A DNA stretch of 34,969 bases from a virus. Taxonomy: Duplodnaviria; Caudoviricetes. The translations under genes were made by a program, and so were the position numbers. Position 1 is the first letter of the stretch; every line of letters starts with the position of its first letter. The stretch is taken from IMG/VR virus record IMGVR_UViG_3300030330_003007, positions 1 to 34,969 of that record; one strand, given 5' to 3'. The notes beneath the pieces are model-generated. The model did not search any database. It saw only the letters and a list, made by a program, of their open reading frames with translations, and had not been told where the DNA came from. Of the stretch, positions 9,559-19,750 are shown piece after piece.

Positions 9559-10166
9559 GGTGTGACCTCAGGCGAGTATACATCATAAATCGAAACGGTA
9601 AGGGGTAATAATTGAGTCGTTGTGATTGCGATGTTGAGCAGGTCACCCCGTGACGAAACGGGTACAAAGAGCGGCCGCGGCGGGTCGGCGTTGACGTTAG
9701 TTGGTGCCGGCGCTTGCTCGCACCCTGTAAACGCTATATTGATCTCATCGGGGCCGCTTTCTAAAGTCGTTTCTGTAAACTCAATCCCAACATCTAAAAC
9801 GCTCGCGGTGTATGAGTTGCCCGTCGTTGCCCTAAGCGCCGCTTCCATAGTTACAGAAGTCGCGTTGAAATGCGCTGATACGTATTTGATCATAAGCGCT
9901 AGATGACTCGAAAGCGGTGAGGATTGATATAGAAAATTGTAGACCGTCGCGCCCTTGAGCTCTCCATTTTGAACATAACGCCGGCCGCCCTCCGCAGCGG
10001 CGACGGATCGACCGACGTAATAATGCGCTTGATTCAAAAACTTAACATAATTGAGTTGAGCGAGCGCAGAGGCCATTTGAGCCGCGGCCCCTCCGAATAG
10101 AAGTTGCCCGTTATGGCAACCCGTCGAACTCGGTAAACGTTGAAATGCGGTCGGGATCAGCATCAT
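9555..10166 (-). CDS. Tail tip-associated protein
   Basis: ATGA-coupled on both sides within tail module. Confidence 0.55.
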   Translation of the reverse strand: MMLIPTAFQRLPSSTGCHNGQLLFGGAAAQMASALAQLNYVKFLNQAHYYVGRSVAAAEGGRRYVQNGELKGATVYNFLYQSSPLSSHLALMIKYVSAHFNATSVTMEAALRATTGNSYTASVLDVGIEFTETTLESGPDEINIAFTGCEQAPAPTNVNADPPRPLFVPVSSRGDLLNIAITTTQLLPLTVSIYDVYSPEVTP

Positions 10167-11215
10167 ACACCTACGATTGAAATCCCGCGGATATACGCGG
10201 GTGAGCTGCCGATTGGGTTATCTTTAGAGAGGAGTGTTGACGCATTGTTTAACGTCTCATCAACTCCGACTCGATACATCGATAATCCGAATTGATTACT
10301 AAAATCTGATTCTGGTAATCTCAAATCAAGCCCGTATGAATTCCAATCGCTTAGGGTAACGCTTAGACGATAACCGAAAACGTCGACGTTGATCGGTGTT
10401 GTGATGTTTTCGCCTTTTATGAATACATCAACGTCGAGATTATTGTGATTCATGCCCGCGAAGAGTGCGACATAATTATATAATATTTGCGGATCTAATG
10501 ACCCGACACCTTGAGCGGGTGACGAGCTCGAGTTTTTTACACCCGACCAATTCAATAAGACGCGCCCTCGTTTGCGTATCTCGCTGATATTGTTTAACGT
10601 CTCAACACCGAAGCGGCTCGTTAATGACTGATCATCGCCGAGTCGGGTGATACCCATAGGCGTAACATTAGCGCCGTATTGACCAAGTAATCGAGTCGGA
10701 AGCGGTGACGCAATCGGCAGCCAGTTTGCTTGAACCGCGGCGACTTCGATAGTACCCCCGCTCGGCGCTTGAAGTGATAGCTTACAGGTTGCGTATAGTT
10801 CATCTTCAGCGGTTGTTATGTTGATCGTTACGACATCAAATACGTTATTAAATCGCGATGTATCCGTGATTGTTGCAGTTGACGTGTAAGAGTTACCGCT
10901 TAAAGGAAACTTTAAAGACACCGTCGCAACCGCGCCGCTTACGTTACAACTCGCTGAGATTCTGAATTTAAATTCGGTATGCTCTTCGCTTGGGTTCGGC
11001 ACGTGCCATTCACAACATTCTTTTGTGCTCGTATTCGTGAACTCAAAGACCCCAGAGTCCCAAAATTGGTTTATCACTTCACCGCATCCACCTTGAGCGA
11101 ATGCATAGTTTTGAGCATCGCCGAGCCGATTAAACTCAGTTGATCGAATCGTAAGCCCCGCGGTGAGTCGTGCGGGGTCGGTGAGTAAGGGCGGCGATGT
11201 ATATGAGTTACTCAT
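10163..11215 (-). CDS. Tail tip-associated protein
   Basis: 350 aa beta-rich, ATGA-coupled. Confidence 0.55.
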   Translation of the reverse strand: MSNSYTSPPLLTDPARLTAGLTIRSTEFNRLGDAQNYAFAQGGCGEVINQFWDSGVFEFTNTSTKECCEWHVPNPSEEHTEFKFRISASCNVSGAVATVSLKFPLSGNSYTSTATITDTSRFNNVFDVVTINITTAEDELYATCKLSLQAPSGGTIEVAAVQANWLPIASPLPTRLLGQYGANVTPMGITRLGDDQSLTSRFGVETLNNISEIRKRGRVLLNWSGVKNSSSSPAQGVGSLDPQILYNYVALFAGMNHNNLDVDVFIKGENITTPINVDVFGYRLSVTLSDWNSYGLDLRLPESDFSNQFGLSMYRVGVDETLNNASTLLSKDNPIGSSPAYIRGISIVGV

Positions 11216-12417
11216 AAGTGTTCGAGCTCCATTGTCACGGGCACCCGTCGACGTAATCGAGTCGGATATGATAGGTCAAACTCAGGTGTCACAATGCTCG
11301 CCCGAATTCGGCCGTAATCGCCGTTTGACTCGCTAGTGTATAGTGAATCATAAGCGGGTTGTGTCGCGTTGATCTGATCAGTTCTTAACGCTCTTCGTGA
11401 GTCACCCCATGATTGATAAAATGTTACGCGCTCGCCCGCCGACGCATACAGTAACCATCGGTGGATAAAATGTTGATAGTCGTCGGAGAGGTCAAGACGT
11501 GCGTCAAGATCGAAATTCAGTATAGACGTTGCATATGTGCCGACATAATTAGAGACATACCCGCCGCCGATGAGTCGGCGCGACTGGCTTACATTCTCCG
11601 CTTTGATGTGATGTCGTTGATATGGTCGCGATGGTATGAGTACACCCGCCGCTTTATTCGTCGCAGTGATTAGCGAGTAACTCGTCGCGTATACCGTCGG
11701 CGTCTCGTCACCGGTAAACCCTAATTGATCGCGTATCGCAGTCGATGACCATGATATATCACCGACCGACGTTAGATATGCACAGGCGACGCGGCCGGCA
11801 TCATTAACAAACCATGATATCGCATCGTTACCCGTTAAACTTTGGTCGCGCTCTTCGAGACTCGCGAGCCCGAAAACATCGGCGTCGTTTACCGTCGCCC
11901 GATCTCGAATAAATACACTGACATCTTGAGAATGCACATTGATCGCGGGAAAATTAAACAGGTTCGACCCGCCGACTTCATTGATTCGATAGCTTACATC
12001 GCCGAGGTTAATAGCGCCGCGGGTCCAATCGTTGGGACACGTCACGCTATAAACGCCACTTGATAACGTCGCGGTGAGTGTACCAGTACCCGCGCCGAGT
12101 GCGTCCAATGTGCCGACGTTGGTTAGTGTAAAATCCGCGTTTGCGCTTATCGTGACCTTGTCGCTTGAGTTGATAGATACCGACCAATTCGCGCCGAAAC
12201 TCTTAACAGTGTCTATCTGCCCCGCAGCCGATATTTGAGTATCGCTTGATCGGCCATTCAGAAAAAAGATTGCGTCATCATAAACGCCGGCACCGCTCGC
12301 AAATGTCGGCATCGTCACCGATGTCGAACCGCGGGTAAATACCGTGACGCCTGAAAACGCTCGCATATCGTAGGCGGTGAGTAGTCCAAAATTTGGGGCG
12401 GGGTTATTTAAGGGCAT
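11212..12417 (-). CDS. Distal tail-like protein
   Basis: Immediately follows tape measure; beta-rich. Confidence 0.55.
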   Translation of the reverse strand: MPLNNPAPNFGLLTAYDMRAFSGVTVFTRGSTSVTMPTFASGAGVYDDAIFFLNGRSSDTQISAAGQIDTVKSFGANWSVSINSSDKVTISANADFTLTNVGTLDALGAGTGTLTATLSSGVYSVTCPNDWTRGAINLGDVSYRINEVGGSNLFNFPAINVHSQDVSVFIRDRATVNDADVFGLASLEERDQSLTGNDAISWFVNDAGRVACAYLTSVGDISWSSTAIRDQLGFTGDETPTVYATSYSLITATNKAAGVLIPSRPYQRHHIKAENVSQSRRLIGGGYVSNYVGTYATSILNFDLDARLDLSDDYQHFIHRWLLYASAGERVTFYQSWGDSRRALRTDQINATQPAYDSLYTSESNGDYGRIRASIVTPEFDLSYPTRLRRRVPVTMELEHL

Positions 12418-12419
12418 CG

Positions 12420-14699
12420 TTAAAACCTCCGACGAGGTGCGCCGCGGCGATTCATATTTTGAAGCGTCGTGATTCGATCCGCTAAAGCAATCTCAGCGGC
12501 TCGCCTGGTATCATACACGACCGCACCGCCGAAATTAACATTAAATACAGTCGTTGACGTTTCGGCCTGCTCTCGCCCCTCATCGGGTGCGACTTGAGGA
12601 GTACCAAGCGGCGAAACACTCGGCGACCCCCCGCCCCCTCTCGGCGCTGATGATGCGCCAAGCGACCGGCCATATATGCCCGCCGATGCGGCCGCGCCGG
12701 CCATCACCCCCGAAGCGATGCCATAATTGGCGGCGAGTGCGGGGTTTGTGAAAAGCGCCGCGATTGCTTTAGCTCCAAACATGAGCGACTCAACCGCGGC
12801 CTGTTGACCAAGAGCAACCAAGATTTCACCGATTGCCCGCGGTAAAGCGCTTTTTTCTTGCTCTTCAATATCTCGCCGTGACTTTGTGAATTCGCGTTGT
12901 AAATCGAGTATGCGTTGATTCGCGTCTTCAGTCGCTTTTACTCGCTCGACTTGCGTACCTTCAAACTCTCGAATCGCTTTTCGTTCAGCCTCTATTTGTT
13001 GATTCACTGTTTCGCTGAGATCTCGCCGAGCCTCATTAAATGATTCATCTGTTAACGAATCATAAAGCGCTTTCGTCGCGTCACGTCCGAAGCTTTCGGC
13101 AGCGCTTAAGGCTAAATCGTTAAAGCCTTGTATTTGTTCATTTAAAGCACGGTTTTGTATCGCCGTTCGTTCGAGAGTAAAACGACGAGTCAACTCAGTT
13201 AATTCTTTCTCTGAATGCTCTTTGAGTTGCTTCTCTCGATCATATCTCAATTCGAGCGCGGCGAGCTCTTTGTCGATGCCGTCGTGCATCATGTCGATAT
13301 CAAACGCCCGTGAATCTAAAATGAACGCTCGGCGTTGATCCGCTTGGCGCTTTTCCTCAGCGGCCCGCTTGTCGGCTTCGGTCTTTTCGAGTTGTGTGCG
13401 ACTCATCTGATATTTGATATCAGCCGCAAGGCGTCGCGTGTTGTTCTCGCCCGCTTTATCAAGTTCGAGTTGATGTTGAGCGTCGAGCACTTCCAAAGCG
13501 CTCGCTCCGTTCGCCTTGATTTGTTGAAGTTGTAACGCCCGCAACGCGAAGAGCTCGTTTTGTGCTCGTTCCTCTAGTAATTTCTCAGCGGCGAGCCGTG
13601 TTTGAGCCTGTGCCAATCGGGCCGCCGCGGCCTTTGCATTTTCTTCGTTGCGCTTCTGTAGTAACTCAGCGCGTCGACGGTCGATATCTTCTCTTTTTAA
13701 CTGAACTAAGTCATGAAGCTTTAACTCCTCGCGAATATTATTTGCGAATTCGTCTAGAGCGTTTCTCTCGAATTTAGCTTGCGCGGCGACTAGCTCTAAT
13801 CGCTCTAAAAGCATCATGTGCTGATCTTCTAAATCAAACTTATATTGATCACGAAGATCTTTATTTGCCTCTTGTTCAGCCTCTAATAATTGAGCCGTTT
13901 TTAAGCGTTCGATATTTTCTTTCGTTTTAGTCGCGACAAACTCAGCCGACCTCTCTTCAAATGCTATAAATTGCGCCTCGGCATCTTTGAGTTTTTTTTG
14001 TGCTTTGCGTTGATCGTTTAACGCCGACGTAATCGCTTTAGATGATTCCGCTTTAGCTTTATCGAGCTTTATACGAGCCTCGGAGACTGAGTTATAAAAT
14101 CCGAGCGTTGTTAATAGTTTTCGTGTCGTACTATTTCTATTTATAATTGCGTCGGTTAACTCGTCTTGCGCTTTCGTCTCTTTAGCTAATTTTCTCGATA
14201 TCTTCTCGGTTTGCTTCTCCATCTTTTCTTTAGCGAGTTGCGCCATAAGTTGAGCGCGGGTAAATCTCTCAAGCTCTTTAGTTGTCGGCTCGACACCTTT
14301 TTCGGCGAGCGCTTCGAGTTTTGCTTGTAGATCAGCCGCCGCCGCCGCCGCCGCTTCGTTTGCATCTTCGGCAGCTTGAGCCGCGCCCGTTATGTTTATG
14401 AACGTTTCGTAAAGCGCATACCCGACCGCAATAACGCCACCGATTGCAGGTATTAACGATAAAAATGAAGCTTTGCCGCCTGTGCCTAGGCTTTTAACTG
14501 TCGATGATAGATCCTTAAACGCCCCTTGTGCGTCTTCGACGTTGCCGACAAGCGAGCCGAGCCCCTCGCCTAAATGTGAGTTCGATTTGTCGAACCGGTC
14601 GGCCATACTTGCGGCCGTTTCGCCGATGCCAGTTAGCCCCTTTTTCGCTTCCTCGGCCCCGTCTAAACGTACTTCAATATCAACGGTATTCGTCGTCAT
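12420..14699 (-). CDS. Tape measure protein
   Basis: 759 aa helical Ala/Glu/Lys/Arg-rich with hydrophobic segments; follows chaperone pair; N-terminal VDIEVRLDG. Confidence 0.85.
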   Translation of the reverse strand: MTTNTVDIEVRLDGAEEAKKGLTGIGETAASMADRFDKSNSHLGEGLGSLVGNVEDAQGAFKDLSSTVKSLGTGGKASFLSLIPAIGGVIAVGYALYETFINITGAAQAAEDANEAAAAAAADLQAKLEALAEKGVEPTTKELERFTRAQLMAQLAKEKMEKQTEKISRKLAKETKAQDELTDAIINRNSTTRKLLTTLGFYNSVSEARIKLDKAKAESSKAITSALNDQRKAQKKLKDAEAQFIAFEERSAEFVATKTKENIERLKTAQLLEAEQEANKDLRDQYKFDLEDQHMMLLERLELVAAQAKFERNALDEFANNIREELKLHDLVQLKREDIDRRRAELLQKRNEENAKAAAARLAQAQTRLAAEKLLEERAQNELFALRALQLQQIKANGASALEVLDAQHQLELDKAGENNTRRLAADIKYQMSRTQLEKTEADKRAAEEKRQADQRRAFILDSRAFDIDMMHDGIDKELAALELRYDREKQLKEHSEKELTELTRRFTLERTAIQNRALNEQIQGFNDLALSAAESFGRDATKALYDSLTDESFNEARRDLSETVNQQIEAERKAIREFEGTQVERVKATEDANQRILDLQREFTKSRRDIEEQEKSALPRAIGEILVALGQQAAVESLMFGAKAIAALFTNPALAANYGIASGVMAGAAASAGIYGRSLGASSAPRGGGGSPSVSPLGTPQVAPDEGREQAETSTTVFNVNFGGAVVYDTRRAAEIALADRITTLQNMNRRGAPRRRF

Positions 14700-15118
14700 G
14701 ATTTACTCTCATCTATCATTCGTTGTTGAGCTCGAAGCGCCGCCGAGTTTCTATTTGATTCTAACGTCTCCATCACATCAATTAAAGCGCACGACGGCGA
14801 CGGGTACGCATGAGACAACGGATAAAGGCCGGATCGGTGCCGATTGTATGCACCGATGAGCGGGGCGAGTTGGTTGACACCCGCGACGGGGCACGATCTA
14901 AACTCGTACTCAGAAAACGTCTCATCACAATCGGGTGCGATCCGATACGCCGGCACGAATACCCCGCGGTCATCGCGGCGCGATTGGGGCAACCCCTCAC
15001 GAAACGGCCCGCCGCAATTGCCACGAAGAGCGCGTAAGCCTCGCTTATCTCTGCATTGATCACATGACCAGGAGCGGCCGCCGGCATGTCCTAACCAAAC
15101 CGACGCCGCCGTGATCAT
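14696..15118 (-). CDS. Tail assembly chaperone T-like extension (Cys-rich)
   Basis: Lies in the -1 frame relative to the upstream chaperone, just before the tape measure gene. Confidence 0.65.
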   Translation of the reverse strand: MITAASVWLGHAGGRSWSCDQCRDKRGLRALRGNCGGPFREGLPQSRRDDRGVFVPAYRIAPDCDETFSEYEFRSCPVAGVNQLAPLIGAYNRHRSGLYPLSHAYPSPSCALIDVMETLESNRNSAALRAQQRMIDESKS

Positions 15119-15627
15119 TTTCCCTCAATACCAAGTAACGAGATTCGTTGAATGTGCAAGACAAGTTCGCTAATCGTTTGAATTCTTGCCGGTTCAGGTC
15201 GGATCAATTGCAACTGATCAACGTCGGCGGGTTCGCCGTCGATAGAGACGAGCGCGGCGCGGATCATCTCAACATAAACTCGATTGAGGTATTGTTGATA
15301 TTCAGACATCGCGACCCGCTCATCATCATCTAAATCATGATGCCATTTCGCCCGCTCGGTCGTGTTGTCCGGTGCTTCACTCCACAGCAAACGCCCTAAC
15401 TCAGAACGGGTTAACGCGCCCGCGTTTGCCTCGGCTTGCTCGCGTTCAGCGGGTGATAACGCTTTGATATTAAATCGCGTCGCGTCGTCTCTCACTACGT
15501 CAAGCGCACCGAGCTCGCCTGTCTCTAAATATTGTGAGCGTTGCTCGTCGGTGCATTCGACGGCATCGTCACAAGTCATCACTACATCAATCGTCATTTC
15601 TGACGAGGTGAGAAAACGAAGCGCCAT
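15115..15627 (-). CDS. Tail assembly chaperone (gpG-like)
   Basis: Acidic 170 aa between tail tube and tape measure, ends in slippery site (…EGK*). Confidence 0.7.
   Translation of the reverse strand: MALRFLTSSEMTIDVVMTCDDAVECTDEQRSQYLETGELGALDVVRDDATRFNIKALSPAEREQAEANAGALTRSELGRLLWSEAPDNTTERAKWHHDLDDDERVAMSEYQQYLNRVYVEMIRAALVSIDGEPADVDQLQLIRPEPARIQTISELVLHIQRISLLGIEGK
15118..15124 (-). other. Predicted -1 programmed ribosomal frameshift site G GGA AAA
   Basis: GAG GGA AAA TGA at end of chaperone gene; XXXYYYZ heptamer in correct phase, analogous to lambda G/T GGGAAAG. Confidence 0.75.
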
Positions 15628-15628
15628 A

Positions 15629-16921
15629 TTAAATACCTAGTCCGATTCTAAACGGTGAGTTACCCGCATTTGTTTCGACGACATCGCCGCCAAATCGACT
15701 CTGTTGATAAGTCAATTGTTGACGTACGATATCATTGCCGCTTACGTCATAAACCGAAGGGTCATTTGTCAACATCGCAGCGGGTAACATGATCGCACAA
15801 CCTAGGCCGTCGCCAATCGGGCCAGTACCTACGAGGATTTGTCGAACCGTGCGGTTAAAATAATCTTCGTTGATCGCAGTATTTACGGTGCTTAACGTCA
15901 ACGATAACTCGACAGTCGACTCGCTGATTTCCATACCTGACATTGCCGCGAGGTCGTTGCTATGACCGAGGGGTGTAAGCGTATTCGTTACGCTTAAACT
16001 AAAATCCTCGGCGGCGAGTTGAGTGCGGGCGAGGGTGTCGCCGCTCGTCGCGTTTGTTAACGATGTCGGCGATGTCGTTGACGCGACTACATACGCACCC
16101 CTAAACAATTGAGCCGCGCCGGTGTTGTAAACCGGCTCGATTGGCCCGCCTGCACTACCGTGATCGTCTTGAATAACGGCCGCCTGATACGTGAATTCGG
16201 CCATAAGCCGCCCGCTATCGAGAGAGATATTTAGCGACTCTAAAACGCACCCGTACGCATAAGAGCGGAAATTAACCCCGTCGACTCTAAAACTCAAAGA
16301 ATGCTCGCGGGTGCCGGTGAGATCACGACCGGCTATATACCAGGTCTGCAAGTGTCTGATCGTCGGCGTACCTGTGAACGCTGCGGAGAATGCCGGCGAG
16401 ATCTTAACCGCGCCGCCTTCGTCGTTGTCGGTAATCGCTGAGTATTCAGCGCGGCCGCTGATCTCGGCACCGAGCAACGTACCGACATCGGCCTCGGCGG
16501 GTGCCGCCGTCGGTGTATAGGTGTTAGTGTTCGCGATTGATGAGACGGTATCGCTTGCGTTCGTTGGCTTACGAGTCTTAAACCCCGCGCCGAGCAAATA
16601 TCCGAGATAGTTAGCGTCATAGTCGGCGGCCCCCGTGCCGATTGTAGTGAGATCAACTCTTACGACGACTTGACCCGTGCGACGGCGTACTCTTGAGCCG
16701 CCGTTGTACATGGTGTCGGGTTCCGGGGGTAGATTGTAATTGCCATCACGGGCGTCGAGTCGCTCGGATGCAACCGGCTCGCCGGCGATGATGATCGGGT
16801 CGCGCTCGCATGGAATCGAGACATAGTTTAACCCGCTGTTATCAGGTCGGCCCGTTGATGTGCTGATAGAAGCGTATGCGGTTTCAACCGCGACGCTGAG
16901 AGATCGATGAGTGACTGTCAT
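15629..16921 (-). CDS. Major tail tube protein
   Basis: Position; tube-like pattern (VAVETAY, YLLGAGF, YAYGCVLESLNISLD, FSLSVTNTL). Confidence 0.75.
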   Translation of the reverse strand: MTVTHRSLSVAVETAYASISTSTGRPDNSGLNYVSIPCERDPIIIAGEPVASERLDARDGNYNLPPEPDTMYNGGSRVRRRTGQVVVRVDLTTIGTGAADYDANYLGYLLGAGFKTRKPTNASDTVSSIANTNTYTPTAAPAEADVGTLLGAEISGRAEYSAITDNDEGGAVKISPAFSAAFTGTPTIRHLQTWYIAGRDLTGTREHSLSFRVDGVNFRSYAYGCVLESLNISLDSGRLMAEFTYQAAVIQDDHGSAGGPIEPVYNTGAAQLFRGAYVVASTTSPTSLTNATSGDTLARTQLAAEDFSLSVTNTLTPLGHSNDLAAMSGMEISESTVELSLTLSTVNTAINEDYFNRTVRQILVGTGPIGDGLGCAIMLPAAMLTNDPSVYDVSGNDIVRQQLTYQQSRFGGDVVETNAGNSPFRIGLGI

Positions 16922-16923
16922 TT

Positions 16924-17379
16924 TTAACTCTCCAAAAATAAAAGGGTGAAAGGGACCGTCAAAAGATGCGCGGTTTCCTCAAGGTTGAGCGGTTCGACCG
17001 TCGGTTGTTCGGGTATAACTGAAACGATACCCGTCGTTTCGAGCGAGTAAAGCGGCCCCTTGAGCGTCGTTAAGATCTTCTCGGCGTCTTCACTAATGAC
17101 ACGCTGAAGATAATTAAAATCATCGGGTATGTCATAACGTACCCGGCAATCAATCACGCAACGACGACGACCGCTTAAACCCGCCGCCCCGTCGTCGGTC
17201 GGATAGTCTCGAATTAGCATATCAAAAAAGCGGTTAGAGTTTGGCCGTTGTTCGAGCGGAGGTACTGAACCCGCGCCGGCGTCATAACAAACAAACCCGT
17301 GATGAGGATCACTCTTCGGGTCGATTGCTTCGATTTGAGTTTGTAAATAACTCAGTGCCGCTTGTATCCCCTGGCTCAT
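16924..17379 (-). CDS. Tail terminator/completion-like protein
   Basis: 151 aa directly upstream of tail tube; positional. Confidence 0.5.
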   Translation of the reverse strand: MSQGIQAALSYLQTQIEAIDPKSDPHHGFVCYDAGAGSVPPLEQRPNSNRFFDMLIRDYPTDDGAAGLSGRRRCVIDCRVRYDIPDDFNYLQRVISEDAEKILTTLKGPLYSLETTGIVSVIPEQPTVEPLNLEETAHLLTVPFTLLFLES

Positions 17380-17882
17380 AATAAACGCTTTCTTAATTCG
17401 ATCTCGACGGCTTTTACGAGTATCTCACGATCTTTCGCAGTTAGCCCTAAAAACTCACGATCTTGATTAACCGCATACCCATATTGAGCGTGTTGAGTAA
17501 GCCCGATTACAAAATGATTCGCCGTCGCTTCTTTAACGACTAGATTATTCATCATGTTGCCGCTGAGTACTAAGTCGACCTCGGCGCTTGTACTGGTACC
17601 CCCGCGAGGGTTGCGTGATTGCTTCTTGTATTGAGCGTATCCGCCGGCATAGTAAACACTGCGACCCGTGCGCGATGGTCGGCCCCCCTTTGGTTTCAGA
17701 CGTGCTCCGCGCTTTGAGACATAAAGCGCGTTTGTTGAGTAGCCGTCAAACTTTACCCCGTTCGCATCAATGCCGCGGCTCGTCCTCAGTTTAATCGAAG
17801 CGAGCGTATCACTTGCGAGTCGCATCGTATCGCGAGCGCCCCAAATTACACGGGGTATTTTTAGAGTCACTTTGCTCGCCAT
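17376..17882 (-). CDS. Virion morphogenesis/tail completion protein (Mu gpG / P2 gpS-like)
   Basis: Basic; GIDANG..F..YS, DLVLSGNMMNNL, REFLGLT motifs. Confidence 0.65.
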   Translation of the reverse strand: MASKVTLKIPRVIWGARDTMRLASDTLASIKLRTSRGIDANGVKFDGYSTNALYVSKRGARLKPKGGRPSRTGRSVYYAGGYAQYKKQSRNPRGGTSTSAEVDLVLSGNMMNNLVVKEATANHFVIGLTQHAQYGYAVNQDREFLGLTAKDREILVKAVEIELRKRLL

Positions 17883-18833
17883 CTAGTGCCGTTGTCCTCT
17901 CGAAGGTGTGAAAAATGAATCATTCTCCGACTTCGTGTATGTCTTCCAAGATGCACGAAAATCTTGAGCATTGCCACCGATGCGCCTTAAGTCTTCTTCG
18001 CCGGTGTCAACAATCCCGTCGCCGTCTAGATCCAATGTGATGCTTCGGAGTGCGATCTCTAGCAATTCCTCGCAACGCTCGCGCATAGCGTTCGCAGCGT
18101 CGAAGAGTTGTGACATTTCATAAATGAGAGCGGCCGTACAATAAACATGAGCCCGCATGAATGCTTGTTGATTAAACACTTCGTCTTCGGTTACCCCGTC
18201 GGCGATAACATGGTCGCGTATACGCAACGCGATATCATCAAGCGCCGCGCTGATCTGCGGTGTAAAATCGGATTGACGACGCGGCACCATATCGGCGAGA
18301 TTCGCCATTTGTGCAACGAGCTCGTCATGGGATAAGCCGGTGTTAAATGGTCGCGGGGTGACTTTTAGCAACCCCGTCTCAACGTGTTTAGCGCCGGCGG
18401 TGTCGGTGTATGAAATCGTGTATGGATAAACACCGGTTGTGTCGAGATTGGCCGACGGAATATCAACGGTACTCATCGCAAAGTTTAGCGTCGCCGATGA
18501 TGTGAGATCAATCTCGCGAGGTAGGGGTTCGGCGAGTATCGCTGTCGATCCTCCCAATCTACTAACAGTTACCGCATAGAAAGTGTCACGGTCGGTTTTT
18601 AAAAAAGCTTTGATCTCGTCACGTTCTAAAGCCGTCGCGACGGGTGCGCTTAGTGTTAAAGTACGTCGATCATTCGCGATTGTGGTAACCGTCGCGTCGG
18701 TTCGCGATTGCGTAAAATTCGCAGTGTAGTCGCCTCCGCTGAGTTTAACAGTAATCGACGGCGTCGGCGCATACGGGGCCGGCGGGTTCCATATAAAATG
18801 ATAAGTCTGATCTTTGACCGCTTTTAACATCAT
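17883..18833 (-). CDS. Putative head-tail adaptor with N-terminal beta domain
   Basis: Position after head genes; helical C-terminal half; DLDGDGIVDTGE loop. Confidence 0.5.
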   Translation of the reverse strand: MMLKAVKDQTYHFIWNPPAPYAPTPSITVKLSGGDYTANFTQSRTDATVTTIANDRRTLTLSAPVATALERDEIKAFLKTDRDTFYAVTVSRLGGSTAILAEPLPREIDLTSSATLNFAMSTVDIPSANLDTTGVYPYTISYTDTAGAKHVETGLLKVTPRPFNTGLSHDELVAQMANLADMVPRRQSDFTPQISAALDDIALRIRDHVIADGVTEDEVFNQQAFMRAHVYCTAALIYEMSQLFDAANAMRERCEELLEIALRSITLDLDGDGIVDTGEEDLRRIGGNAQDFRASWKTYTKSENDSFFTPSRGQRH

Positions 18834-19744
18834 CTTTTCTTTCTCGCCGCTCGGTTCGCATCTTTAATGTCGCTCTCGGTTGCCCGCTTTAGGTCGGCCG
18901 CTTCGACAAACCCCGCCGTCACCGGGGACCAACTATGACGACAATTATACCCGCCGCACGACGTTTTTACTGGTCGACCTTGCCCGTTGTTTAGTTGGCT
19001 CATTTGCCTTTCATCAACGACCAGGTTTACGAGTTGTTTACAAAACGGTCTCACAATACCGTCAACCGGCCCCGTATATAAATATAAATCCAAGTCGGCA
19101 GCGGCCGCCGTAGTTGCTGTGATTGATCGGCCATACTCTGAAACCTGCGTTTTGATTTCGGTGAGTTGGCGACCGGTTGAGCGTTGTAACCTCATTTCAA
19201 GATTCGACTTAACAATTGTTAGAGGTATCTCTTGAACTACCGAAGTCAACGCCGAGCGCACCGCGCTTTTAAAGTCCGGTGCGATAACATCCTCAAAAAT
19301 GGCGTTTGCCGTTTGCGCCTGAAGAAAATCAAGTTGAGGTTGAGTTGATGCGGCCGGATCAATGCCAACCGCGCTCAACCCCTTTATCATCGCGTCTCTA
19401 ATATCATCAGTTGACGCGATAAAATCGGCGAGTGCGTCGCCTAGTCCGCTTTGTAGTATAAACGTCGTTAGATCTGTGTTAGGGCTCAATAACACCGCGA
19501 GTGATTCGGGATTGTCTGCCGCCCTCATTATGTCGCTAATCAGTTGTTTTTGAGCTTGTATCAAACCACGTTTAAAAGCGCGTTCGGTGCTAATCTCGGC
19601 TTTCAGTTGATCTCGCCGAGCTCGCACGATAGTCGCGACCGGCCCCCGCTGCCCTTTTACTTGCGCGGTGAGGTCATCGACCGCGCGTTGATCCGCGTCG
19701 TCTTCGTTAAGCGCGACGTGTTGAGGGGGCCAATCTAAACTCAT
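18830..19744 (-). CDS. Head morphogenesis/minor capsid protein (Mu gpF / SPP1 gp7-like)
   Basis: YTGPVD..RPFC...GGYNCRHSW C-terminal motif. Confidence 0.7.
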   Translation of the reverse strand: MSLDWPPQHVALNEDDADQRAVDDLTAQVKGQRGPVATIVRARRDQLKAEISTERAFKRGLIQAQKQLISDIMRAADNPESLAVLLSPNTDLTTFILQSGLGDALADFIASTDDIRDAMIKGLSAVGIDPAASTQPQLDFLQAQTANAIFEDVIAPDFKSAVRSALTSVVQEIPLTIVKSNLEMRLQRSTGRQLTEIKTQVSEYGRSITATTAAAADLDLYLYTGPVDGIVRPFCKQLVNLVVDERQMSQLNNGQGRPVKTSCGGYNCRHSWSPVTAGFVEAADLKRATESDIKDANRAARKKR

Positions 19745-19750
19745 GATACA

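Noticed and set aside
14335-14354. (GCC)n run as a phase-variation tract
   Set aside because: In-frame poly-Ala in the tape measure protein; slippage would not switch frame
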